64,000 nt of DNA from Balanoglossus misakiensis (lineage: Eukaryota > Animalia > Hemichordata): the NCBI GenBank assembly GCA_040954595.2, contig CM082597.2, positions 7,582,243 through 7,646,242 of the forward strand, given 5' to 3'. The first letter of the stretch is position 1; each line of letters opens with the position of its first letter. Shown one piece after another: positions 10,593 to 21,356 of this stretch. The notes below the pieces were generated by a model, which made no database searches, was not told the DNA's origin, and saw only the letters and a list, made by a program, of their open reading frames with translations. A program made the translations under genes and the position numbers.

Positions 10593-13303
10593 CAATGATT
10601 CAAAGAACAGTCAATTTTATTGGCCACTTCATCTATTTTATTATTTTGCACTGAAAAGCTCATGCTTAGAAATTTATTTTTCATTTAATCCAGATCGTCA
10701 TTGTCATCACCTGTAAATAAAATGACCCGTGGGCCATTTTCATTTTATTTCTAGCAGATTTTTCTTAAATGATTTGCTAGTCCATCACAAGCATAATACT
10801 GTTCTCTCAAATAGTGATATGCTATTTACATGAAAGACAGCCCTGATTGAACACACTTACCTACACATTGAAGAACATCACAAATTTTATTGTTGTTAAT
10901 AGTTTCTCAATTCTTTATCTTTTCTCTCATTTTTGTCCATAATTTCTGACCAAATGGACATAATTTGTCATTGCCTTAAGTCTTTACCAAAAATTTGAAG
11001 AAAAAAATATGGAAAAATGGATTGGTTTTATTTTTTTGAGTGATGACAAGTCAACTTTGGCACCCAAAGGGTTAAGTTTACTTTTTTTTTGGTCAATACA
11101 TACTAGAGACTGAATCATTTTGGAGTTTGTAGGAGATTTATCAGTCTATCAAAAGAGGAGCTATTATTACAAGTGATTCAAGTGATTATCCTGTACAAGT
11201 AACATAATTTCCTTTAAAAAAATATGTTTTTTTGCTACTCACTCGGTTGTCAGTAGCTGTTGACATAGAAACAGGATTGACTAAAATTGTCACAGTAAAT
11301 GTCCCAATAGCAAGCCTCTGCAGCACACAGTTCCACACAAAACTCGCCATGTTTCTTTGATGTTTTGAAAACTAATCACAGGAATCTACTTGTGATACAT
11401 ACAGGTAGTCAACCAGACTTGCAAGTAATTCAGCATTTCTGTTGTGTATCATCATCCAAACACCACAATGATTCAATTTCATTTATTGAGCCCTCTACAA
11501 CAAGATATAGTACAATTCTACTCTCTTTGCATAGACTGCTTCTCCAGATAGCATTTTATCCTCCAAATCTTTCTTTTCAACTGTTGAGTTTCTATCTCAG
11601 GGTAACTAGTTTGGTCAACAATTTGGATTTCAAATGTTGGTTTGTACAATTTGTTTTGATTCATTACAATTTTAAAAGTTACTTAATATCCCAAATGTGA
11701 ATATATTGCATGGCTGTGTTATGTCACTGATATAGTGTTAGAATTCAAAGATCTGCCCACTATCATTTCTCTCGGTGACAAAACTAACAATTGGTTGATT
11801 TTTGATACTGGTTACTCTTAGAGCGAAGCGCCCTCTTGAGACTATTGTAATACCTCTCTATGTGATGAATTTAATTCTTATTCAGAAGATAGCGAACTTC
11901 TATATGACTTGTCTAGAGTGTATTGTGCAGACCTTATCCAGTCTTGTGTTTGTCATTTACCAATCTGATTAAAATCAGATGCAGAGTTAGGTGCTGGTGA
12001 TAGTTGTGTTGTTCTCTTGGCTTTGGCTGTTCTGTTCTCATAGTGTTGGCCCCCTTCCAAATTGAACCGCAAAGAATGAGCAAAAGTTAAGACGGCACCT
12101 AACTCTGTAATCAGATAAGTCGGTTACACGACAGAATGAGAGTGAAGCCATGGCCAATCTTTGACTTCTGGTGACAGTATTGGACTGACCAAAATGTTGT
12201 CGTTTGGTCTTGTTTCTGTTTGGGGGTAACCGGTTTAAAAAAAGAATAATCCACAAAGTTTCTTCAAGTTAAGGTCAGTTGAAAATATACAATACATAAA
12301 TGGTGGGTATTGTGCAATTTTGAGAACATGTCTTGTTACAGACAACATGGTTATCAAGTCGAATAAATGTTTTTGAATACTTTTTAAAAAAAATTGTCCA
12401 AAGACTGAATGAATGTTAACTGAGCGGCCATGTTTTGTTACTGAGACTTGACTGGTTCCAAATTCAACACAAAGACTTGTGTTACCTAGTTGCATCTGCA
12501 AAATTTGTTGAAAGACTTTTTGCTTTATAGAAGCAAATTCATCAGCATATCACTTTAGCATCCAAATACTAGACATCAACAAATCAATATTTTCAAATAT
12601 AAATTTTATTCCAGTAGTTTTGACGTTATATCCTGTACAAAAGAAAACAATATCTCTGTAATTGTATACTGCAATGTACAACATATTTGCTATTCTTGTT
12701 TACAGTTATTCTGCAATAAATGATTTCATTAAATTCTATCTCTAGCTAGTCTTTGTATGATTCTTGTCATGACAACATGATATGTTTTGTGATTGCATTG
12801 CGACTTATTCCAGCTTGTTTGTCTACTACAATTTACATCTAGTCCTTTGTTTAACTTTCACTTCTATCAATCAACTCAATTTGACTCTCCCCCCCCCCCT
12901 CTTTTCCTCCCTTCCCCCCTCTCTCTCCATGCATAAACTTTCCACGAGACAGAAATCAAAGAAATCATCAAAATGCTTAATGACAGAGTATGTCACTTTC
13001 AAATAGTCTACATTTGTGCTTACATACCAATTCCATATCAATTCACCTTCCACTAAATTTGATGTCATAATTTATTAACCTCAGAATTTGTTGTCGTCAT
13101 TCTTGAAAATGTTGGATTTCTGTTGAAATTTAATTAATTTGATATTTTCTGTTGAAATTTAATTAATTTGATGTTAACTAGCATACATGGGAGAAAAGTG
13201 GAGAACACTTAGATATTATGAAAAACTGACCAGTTATATGTTAATTGATGTAAGATCACAATCTCTTGTAATATATCGTACTGATTATTGTATGCACTTT
13301 TAA

Positions 13304-13388
13304 CCCTTTCACCACCATGGTTCAGTCCAAACCTATTATTTTCTATGGTAAGGCTGGACCTCTAAAGAGGGAACTAGGGGTGGAATGG
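13304..13388. mobile_element. 85-bp piggyBac-like mini-MITE, copy 2 (inverted relative to 4694-4778)
   Basis: TTAA on both sides. The interior is the reverse complement of copy 1. Confidence 0.8.
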
Positions 13389-15124
13389 TTAAAACATGTC
13401 TTGAATTTGAACTCTTTGAAAATCAAGAAGAAATATCTGAGGCTCCAATGACAATGAGTGGTAAGAGAAGTACTATACATTAATACTGAATTGGGAAATT
13501 GAAAATGTCCAACTCCACAAAAATTGAAATTGTTGAGTTTCACCAAAAGGACAATGCCCATATTTGGTTTGAACAGTACATGTACTTCTGCATGGAGTTA
13601 AGACTAAGATTATTTCCTGACAATGTTGATAAGTTTGTACAGAACAAGAAACCACAGTTGATACCAAAAACAAAAATTGCATGATTTCATTCCAAAATGA
13701 CTCTAATTCAGTTTTTTCCTCCAATGTATCAACTCCCATTTCATGTTCTACTCTGGAGAGCTTTATGAAATGTTCAGTCTTTAGATTCTTAACAAAGCAT
13801 GTATGTGAGTAAAGGCTATTGTTATTGTTGACAAATGAATTCAAATCCAGAATTCAGTTATCACCAATAACAATGCTGATTACTACAAACAGGCTGTGTT
13901 GAAAAACAAAAATACTGACAGAGCAATTCTTTATGTTTTACAGAGTAGAACAAAAAAAACCAAAGTGAAAAATACTGAGAAAATAGCACAATGTTTCAGT
14001 TACCAGTGTTTTGAAACAGAGATTGGAGATGGTCTAGCATTTGCACGCAACACAGAAAATGGAAAAGATTCCAAGTCATGAGACTTGGTCAAGTTGGGAT
14101 TTAGTGCCATGGCATACAGTCTGATAAAACTTCTGTTTATAAAGTACTGATGCAGAAATATTCACAAAATATCTTAAAATGCTACACTGTAAGTTTTTTA
14201 TTCAACACCTCAAATAGTTTCTCTGATGTCTGTTGTCTTGGAAATTACCACTAAAACACTAACCCTGCCAAACTCTAAACTGGAAAAAATTGAAAAAGAC
14301 TCGTCTGGCACACAACTTTAATACTGCATGTCACAGTTGTGATGACTTCCATGTGTGTGTGCATGTACACACTCTTGAATAAATAATACAAAATGTATAT
14401 AAAAGTAGTATTGGGATCAGTTTTGCAGTTTCCATGGAAACATTTGCTCTGACTCACGCAGTGCAAATCACCAGTTCCTTCTCAGCAAGGACAGCCCTCA
14501 CTTGTTGAAGACGTTAAATTGTGTCATTATTTTAGTTATCTTTGTTCTGTGAGAGAAATCAACACTGAGGCTGGATCTCTAAAGAGGGAACTGGGGATGG
14601 AAAGGTTAAAATTGTTGTTGTTCTGCAAAATAATTGCATTGTTTTTTTACAGCTGTACTCTAATACTCTTGTTGTGGACATACTGAGAATTATACACTTC
14701 CACTTCAATGGGCCACTTTCAGTGAATACCAGAAGTTATTTTCTGGAACTATAATTCTCACATGTGTATGAAACATGTGATTTGAGCTGTCAAGAACACT
14801 TTTCAATAAGCAGAAAACATTTCAAGAACTAATCAAATGGTACCAAAATAATGAAACAAGTTATGGATTCTGTCCATACATGCTTGTTGGTGGTAGCACA
14901 AAGCAAATGACCTCACATGACCTGAAGTTGTCACCATCGTTCGACCAATAACAAAACAAGCACTTGTAAGAAACAATATTCCTCTTGTCTGAACTAAATG
15001 AATTGATGGCAAGAGTTCGACTTTCCTTCACTGTTTCTTGTCACTCAGTGTGTTGTATCACAACAATTGCGACACATCTCTGTGAATATGTTGGCTTGTC
15101 ACCTCAAGATGGCACTATTTGCAG

Positions 15125-15397
15125 TCAATCTTGAGAACTGGATGGTCGACTTGAGAAACCCTCATCACTGGAACTTGAAGACAATCTCTCCTTCTTAATC
15201 TCTCTTATGTCTCCTCGGAAAGTTCTTTTGGGTGATTGTACACCAGAGTTTCTGTCATTACTTTCTCTTTTGATCATTTTGCATGAATTTCGCTGTGATA
15301 CTGTGGGTGGTGTTGCCATATTGCGCTTTCTGTATGTTATTTCTGGGGTTCCACTCCTTGGTTCAGGACGGTAGATTTTGTACAGTACTTTGGAAAC
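15125..15397 (-). CDS. BCL3: BCL3-like nuclear IkB, exon 7 (Ser-rich C-terminus, TGA stop)
   Basis: ctcag|GTT acceptor. Reads VSKVLYKIYRPEPRSGTP...LSSSSSDEGFSSRPSSSQD*, phase 0 after exon 6. Confidence 0.8.
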   Translation of the reverse strand, partial: VSKVLYKIYRPEPRSGTPEITYRKRNMATPPTVSQRNSCKMIKRESNDRNSGVQSPKRTFRGDIREIKKERLSSSSSDEGFSSRPSSSQD

Positions 15398-16033
15398 CTG
15401 AGAAAAAAAGAGATCAAGTAAATCAACTTTTGTTTTAAAATTAACAATAATGAAAACACAATAATACACAACTCTCAAAAAACATTGACGGTATTGCTAT
15501 GACAACAAAAATTTACACTCAAGTAGTAAATATGAGATTTCTCACATGAAAACAGTGATGCCAAATTTGCACATTACACTAATTGTAATATGTGTGGCTT
15601 TTATAAGATTTAAAAAATCAGTATAGCTCTGTCACAAATTTTCAACCTGGAACCTAGCTATAATAGTCTGAGGCAAAAATTCCACACAGAAACTTTCATG
15701 CAACATTTCCTCTGTGTTTTTGGTCTAATTTGCTATTGATATTTCTTTATAGTATCAGCATTCATTTTCTGCTGCATTTCTAGCTGTTTCATTACTATTC
15801 ATTATTTATTTCAGACTAAGTTGTCTATGTGGGAAACAGAAAAAGAAGTTCCTCAATTTGTATGTATTCCAGAGAAAGAAATCTTCCGTGTAATTGTTTT
15901 CTCCAAAACCTATAGAATGTACTGTCAATTACCCTATCTGTTGAACAGGTTGTAGTAACAAGTACAATTTTGTACTGTTCAAGACTACACTTAAAATTAA
16001 CTTCATTGCCATTGTAAAACAAAAAGTACATAC

Positions 16034-16279
16034 AGTGGTATCCTTGGCAACGGTTACAGCCGTGTCACAGTGGGAATTCTTCACGCTCATATCGGCTCCA
16101 TGACGCAGCAATGATCGGACGACAGAAATGAAACCACGTCCACTGGCCACGTGCAGTGCAGTATTACCAGAGTATGACTGAGCATTGACGTCTGCTCGGT
16201 GGTCCAGCAAAATTTCAATCAAATCTATTTGTTCGTTTTCAACTGCATGAAAGAGAGCGGTGCGACCGCTTTTGCCATC
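16034..16279 (-). CDS. BCL3: BCL3-like, exon 6 (ankyrin repeats)
   Basis: DGKSGRTALFHAVEN...ADVNAQSYSGNTALHVASGRG...GADMSVKNSHCDTA, aligning to BCL3 'KSGRSPLIHAVEN...NAQMYSGSSALHSASGRG...KNCHNDTP'. Confidence 0.93.
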
Positions 16280-16986
16280 CTGAAAACACAAATGATAGAA
16301 ACTTAAGGTTAAAATCATTAATATACAAAAGACGACAGTCATACTTAATTAATTATATACATGTGTTGTTTAATGCAGTAAGCACCTCAATATGGACAAA
16401 ATTGTCTCAAATTTGACATTCAAAATGGCTACCAATCTGTGTATTCACTCTCCAGAGATTTTTTAAGAAAATGAGTTGGTGCATATTATATTTTATTCTC
16501 CAATTTCCAAAGGACTTCTCACACACTTAATACAGCAAAGATTAGAATGGTTTGGACGACTATAATTTACTAGTATCTGGAAACCCAGTTTCAATTAAGA
16601 AGTATGTGACCTTAAAGCCCAAAGTTCTCTAATTTACATGACATATAATCTACATGTAAATGATCACAAATTTGGTCCTGTATTTATATGGGTATTCAGT
16701 ACCTGCTATGAGCTTTGTGAATATGCAAGAATTGTTGGTCCACAAGTCTTATATAGTGGTGTCATACAGAGGGATTCTGTGTTTTGCATGTCATGTGTTT
16801 GTTTTCGACGAATTTTCATGCCAGTAGTACCGGTAGATCACAGCAGCTTAAGCAGAGGCCATCAAAATGACAACAGGCAAGCCAGAAAAGTCATTAACCT
16901 AGTGTTATTGGCATAGCTGGTTATTGACGATTAATACACTATTGTTTCTTATTTGAAAGTGCCTATTGCCTTGCTTACATCCTTAA

Positions 16987-17333
16987 AGGGACAAAGTCTC
17001 TCTCTCGCTGGCCTTTTTTCATTAATTATGTTTGATACAAGACGCCGTTTATGTTATTCTACATGTGGATATATGGTGAATCAACATTCGACCACACACA
17101 ACTTCCATCTCGTTTGTAGGATATGAGAGCAAAAACTCGCCCAAAATGAATAAATGGTAAAGAACGATTATTCATTTTGGCGAGTTTTTTCACTCTCCTG
17201 TCTATAAGAGGGATGGAAGTTGTGTGTGATTGAATGTTCATTCACTATATATCCACATGTAGAATAACAAACGTTGTCTCTTCTCAAATTTAATTAATGG
17301 AAAAAAGGGCAGCGAGAGAGAGACTTTGTCCCT
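16987..17333. mobile_element. Kolobok-type foldback MITE, copy 3 (intact TSD)
   Basis: TTAA|AGGGACAAAGTC...GACTTTGTCCCT|TTAA, with long palindromic arms. Lies in BCL3 intron 5. Confidence 0.85.
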
Positions 17334-17377
17334 TTAATAAATGATACAGACCATCACAACCAATGACAGCAACTTAC

Positions 17378-17466
17378 CGGACGATCGATGTCAGCTCCTT
17401 TGCAGAGTAGAAATCTGATGACATCAGTATTACGTGTCAGCACTGCTAGATGCAGCGGTGTAAATC
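17378..17466 (-). CDS. BCL3: BCL3-like, exon 5 (ankyrin repeat)
   Basis: (G)FTPLHLAVLTRNTDVIRFLLCKGADIDRP with canonical splice sites. Confidence 0.92.
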
Positions 17467-17681
17467 CTGAAGAAATGTGATACTCAAAGTTAAATTTACT
17501 TAATAATAAACTTCAACAGAATTGTCAGAAGGATATGCAGATAACGTCCATGGTCGAGCACCAGGTTTGAAATGGGGCAACCGTGGATTACTGGAAATAC
17601 AATTTTGTCAACTTACAGCAAGATCTGCGAGTTGACTAAAAATCTGATAAACAACGTAAGAGGTCAAAGGTCACATCTTAC

Positions 17682-17883
17682 CTTCGTAATTCTTAGTATT
17701 GAGGTCGATAGGATGTCGAGAACACATAATGAGGGAATGAAGACACTCCATGTTTGACCTTTGACACGCTAGATGAACTGCTGTTTGCCCATTGCGGTCT
17801 GTCAGATTGCCATCAGCTCCAACCATCACTAGATGTCTCACCATCTGCCATTGGTTGGTGATTACAGCCAGATGCAAAGGTGT
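17682..17883 (-). CDS. BCL3: BCL3-like, exon 4 (ankyrin repeats)
   Basis: [23 protein letters not shown]...[13 protein letters not shown]...DLNTKNYE(G). Confidence 0.93.
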
Positions 17884-18867
17884 CTAAAATGAACCAATCA
17901 GATGTACTCATCAGTAAGACATTAGTGTTTCAATTACCTGAACATTGCTGGGGTTCCGTAGCAACCAAAACAAATGATATTAAAGATACCATGTCGATGT
18001 GATACAAAGGTATGTTTTGTTTTGATGTACATTCTAACAGCTAAACACTTGCTGGAACATGCTTGGTGAAATGAGATGTATTTACATTAAGACTTAAAAA
18101 ATAATAACTGTGTGGTTCCGATAAGCATGCTTTTTGTATATATGGTAGATAGGTAAATTATTTTTTGTCATTATTTTTTATTAATCAGAACTATGACTTC
18201 AGTTTGTAGATGATATCATGTCATACCAAGTCTTGCATGATTTTGCGTTTTCTTCTAAGTTGTTTTATCACTGAAATTACATTTTTTAAACTACTCCATT
18301 GAAGTTCCCATAAATAACTAAAGTTCGGCGGGTTTAAAATAGGGTAGGTCGGGTTATCACAACAAAACTATTTTCTTTTTGGCCTGACCAACATTTTTAT
18401 ATGCTATTATTACTTTGCAAACTGTTATAAAGCAAATGGGTATACTTTGGATATACTTTTAACTGTGTTCTTTTCAAAATCACAGGAACAAATCAATGTA
18501 AAAAGTTTGGGATCTAATTATTTCCAACTTATCGATATTTCAAATTTAAGAGATTCCAAATAGCCACACGATTCGTTTACCTGCTATACCTTTAAGGTTG
18601 TTCTGAGGGATTTTAATTGCTGGGCGATGGTTGTTAAGGAGAATTTTTGTATATCGGGAAGTGGAGTGAAAGGTTGGTGTATCCAAGATTGAGCATGCAC
18701 AGTGCATTTGAAATAATTTAGTTCTCAAAAAGAAATATCTGCAGCATAACTTTGTGTTTCAGTTTGGTTCAAATGCTTCTAATGTATCAAGCATTTTATT
18801 GTGAACAAAATGTCAGAAAATTCCTGTGTTTTTGTCGAGAATTTTCTGCCTGTCTTGCACTACTTAC

Positions 18868-18976
18868 CTGTCTTAATGTATTGTAAATATCAATATTTTT
18901 TCCAGACATCACAATTAACTGGATGAGTTTCTCTACCAAGGGTAGATTTCCCTGAACAACAGCAATATGTAGTGGT
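18868..18976 (-). CDS. BCL3: BCL3-like, exon 3 (first ankyrin repeat)
   Basis: PLHIAVVQGNLPLVEKLIQLIVMSGKNIDIYNTLRQ versus BCL3 'PLHIAVVQGNLPAV...LDIYNNLRQ'. Confidence 0.93.
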
Positions 18977-19172
18977 CTGTAAAAGGAAAAAACAAATAAA
19001 CTCTCATTTAATAAATCTTATTTGGAAGCTTTCTACTGTGCAATTCCTCACTGACTGATAGTATCAGTCCAATTTCTTCCATAAATGTTTAGCAGAAAAA
19101 AAATTATTGTCAGCAATGACTGTTTGAGAAATTTTAATGTCTCAAGTTCTTGATGTTGATTGACATACTACC

Positions 19173-19569
19173 GGGGTTTACTGAAAGTTCGCCTACCCGA
19201 AAGGGCGCCCACGGGCGGTTATTTGGGGGGGGGGGGTGGGCCGTTATTTAGAATAACTGTTTCACTTTGGACTTGGTCAGTGGCAAGAAAAGTGTTTCAC
19301 AACACTGTACCCTTTATTTATCATTGAGTGTCAACTAAAATATAATTCTGCATTTAGCTAAATGGAAGATACACTTTTCTGTCGATTAACGGCCCTGGGT
19401 GGTTAATTAGCTCTAGTCTGGTCCCCTGCCCCAATCCCACCGCTGGCTGAGATAGCGCAGCCAGCGGTGGGATTGGGGCAGGGGACCAGACTAAATTAGC
19501 TCTACATGTACACAATACAATGTAGCCATTTTCTGTATAACAGCCGTGGGTGAACTCTCAGTAAACCCC
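19173..19569. mobile_element. MITE with 21-bp TIR hosting a nested element
   Basis: GGGGTTTACTGAAAGTTCGCC ... GGTGAACTCTCAGTAAACCCC. Confidence 0.6.
19414..19493. mobile_element. 80-bp Academ(H)-type hairpin MITE
   Basis: TAG...CTA termini, ~36-bp perfect arms, and a 9-bp TSD AATTAGCTC (19405-19413 / 19494-19502). Confidence 0.85.
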
Positions 19570-20078
19570 AATAATTAAAAAAAGAATGATATAAAAATGA
19601 TTTTAATAATGATAATAATTTAATTGGAGTTCTGAACCCGGATATATCCCATGATTCAGTTGAAGTCAGGTCCTTTGGCAAGATTCCAAACCTTTTTGTA
19701 TTATATACAATCTAAAATGATAGTTTTAACAAAGATGAGTTCATACCATTGCAATATGGTAATAACTTCGTTGTCCAGATTGATTTAATATTTTAATGCC
19801 CCCTGACAAATTATGTGAATATTGCAGCTCTTAATTATTTTTGCCACATCACAGTCGGCTAAGCAGGAAATCAGGAACAAATAGTCAACAGCGTGTGTTG
19901 ATTGCCCGGGTTACGGTTGAAAGGTCACCCCAAAGGGAAATTTTAGGGGCTGTCCCTTGAAACGAACATGACGTCACTGTAAGCGAGAAACTACGAGAGT
20001 ACCAGAGGCGAATATCACCATCGTCGGGGGTGCGCAGGATTTACAATGTATTTACTCACAGAGTAAAACGACGGTAAA

Positions 20079-21356
20079 GGGAGTTTCCCTGCCCAGACTG
20101 TGCGAGTCTTGCCCGTACGGGGGTTCCCCCCGATCCCTCGAATGGCTACGAATGGCTTCCTGTGGGCTGTTTGTACATGTACGCTATACCGGATTGGGAA
20201 GCAATGCCGATTCAGTGCTATCATTGAGCAATTGAGCACTGGGCAAACATTTTACGTAACGGTACGTTTAATCACACAAATCAGAATACAGACAGCTACA
20301 CACAAATCTACTTACGTATCGCCATCTTCATCTTGTAAGGTTGCTAAGTGACACTCAGTTGCTGTGAAAAGACTGGATCTGGGATCAACCATACCTTGTA
20401 CTGGTGTAATCGGTGTAGTGCCATATAGACCTGAAAGATTGAAGAAAAAACATTTCTAAAAATCATACTACCAACATTAAGAAGCGTTCAACGGTGATTA
20501 AAATTGCAAAGTGGTCGTAATAAACTTACTTTCGCTTCGCATTGACCTTGGCATGACCTTTCTCAAAGTTCCTACTGAACGACAGAATTGAAGGCCACGT
20601 TTAACAACAGAATATTTCGTGGATAATTTTTGTCGTCGAGATTATGTATTTGCATTTTAGAATACGAGGAAGCTAAAACTGATAAGCTGACGATTTTGAA
20701 TGAACGAATGAATCAATATATACGTCATAGACGCGCGCTGCGTCGTTAGGTAACATGGCTACAAAATAGGGACTTCCCCTTTTAAGCGTTCTACAATCGG
20801 ATTGACGCACGTGCGTGATAATTACATCTACAATACCGCTACAGTGATACAAGATGTTGATAGGACCTCAGCCACAGACCTGTTCCTGATAAAAACCGGA
20901 GAGCTGAAAGCTTATTCTACAACTCCTGCAACTTGGCACAAGGTTCCCCGTTGCAATGTATCCTATGCATAGACTTACTATCAGTATGACGTCATTATTG
21001 CGTGTTCTTCAGCACCGTACCATAAAATGGCAGATTAATAACAACTCCTTGTACACCAGCCTTGAACCAGTCAGTCACGCGGCCTATAATTTCATTACAT
21101 GCACTACACTCGGGAGTTTCCCTTCGAATCTCATCCACAAAACCTTCAGCTCTACAAGCGTGCTCACGCTGATTAATATTCATGAATCTTTAACTTCCGT
21201 GCCATTTTCAGTTTTAGTTCGTAGAAAAAGACGATAATGTTATATGCTAATTCTTAGGCGTGGACAAATCCAGTTGGTCGGGCAGGTACACACGACTACA
21301 GCTGCGTGGCCGAGAACCTTGTATCATTGTTTACACTCTTACAAACGGGACTTCCC
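20079..21356. promoter_or_regulatory. Intronic NF-kB site cluster around BCL3 exon 2
   Basis: GGGAGTTTCC 20079, GGGGGTTCCC 20119, GGGACTTCCC 20769, GGGAGTTTCC 21112, GGGACTTCCC 21347. CRE TGACGTCA at 19969 and 20987. Confidence 0.65.
20316..20430 (-). CDS. BCL3: BCL3-like, exon 2
   Basis: (G)LYGTTPITPVQGMVDPRSSLFTATECHLATLQDEDGD(T) versus BCL3 'ATRADEDGDT'. Confidence 0.9.

Noticed and set aside
11300-11700. 111-aa ORF / possible LINE remnant
   Set aside because: Too degenerate to assign, with no exon-like structure or motif I can support.
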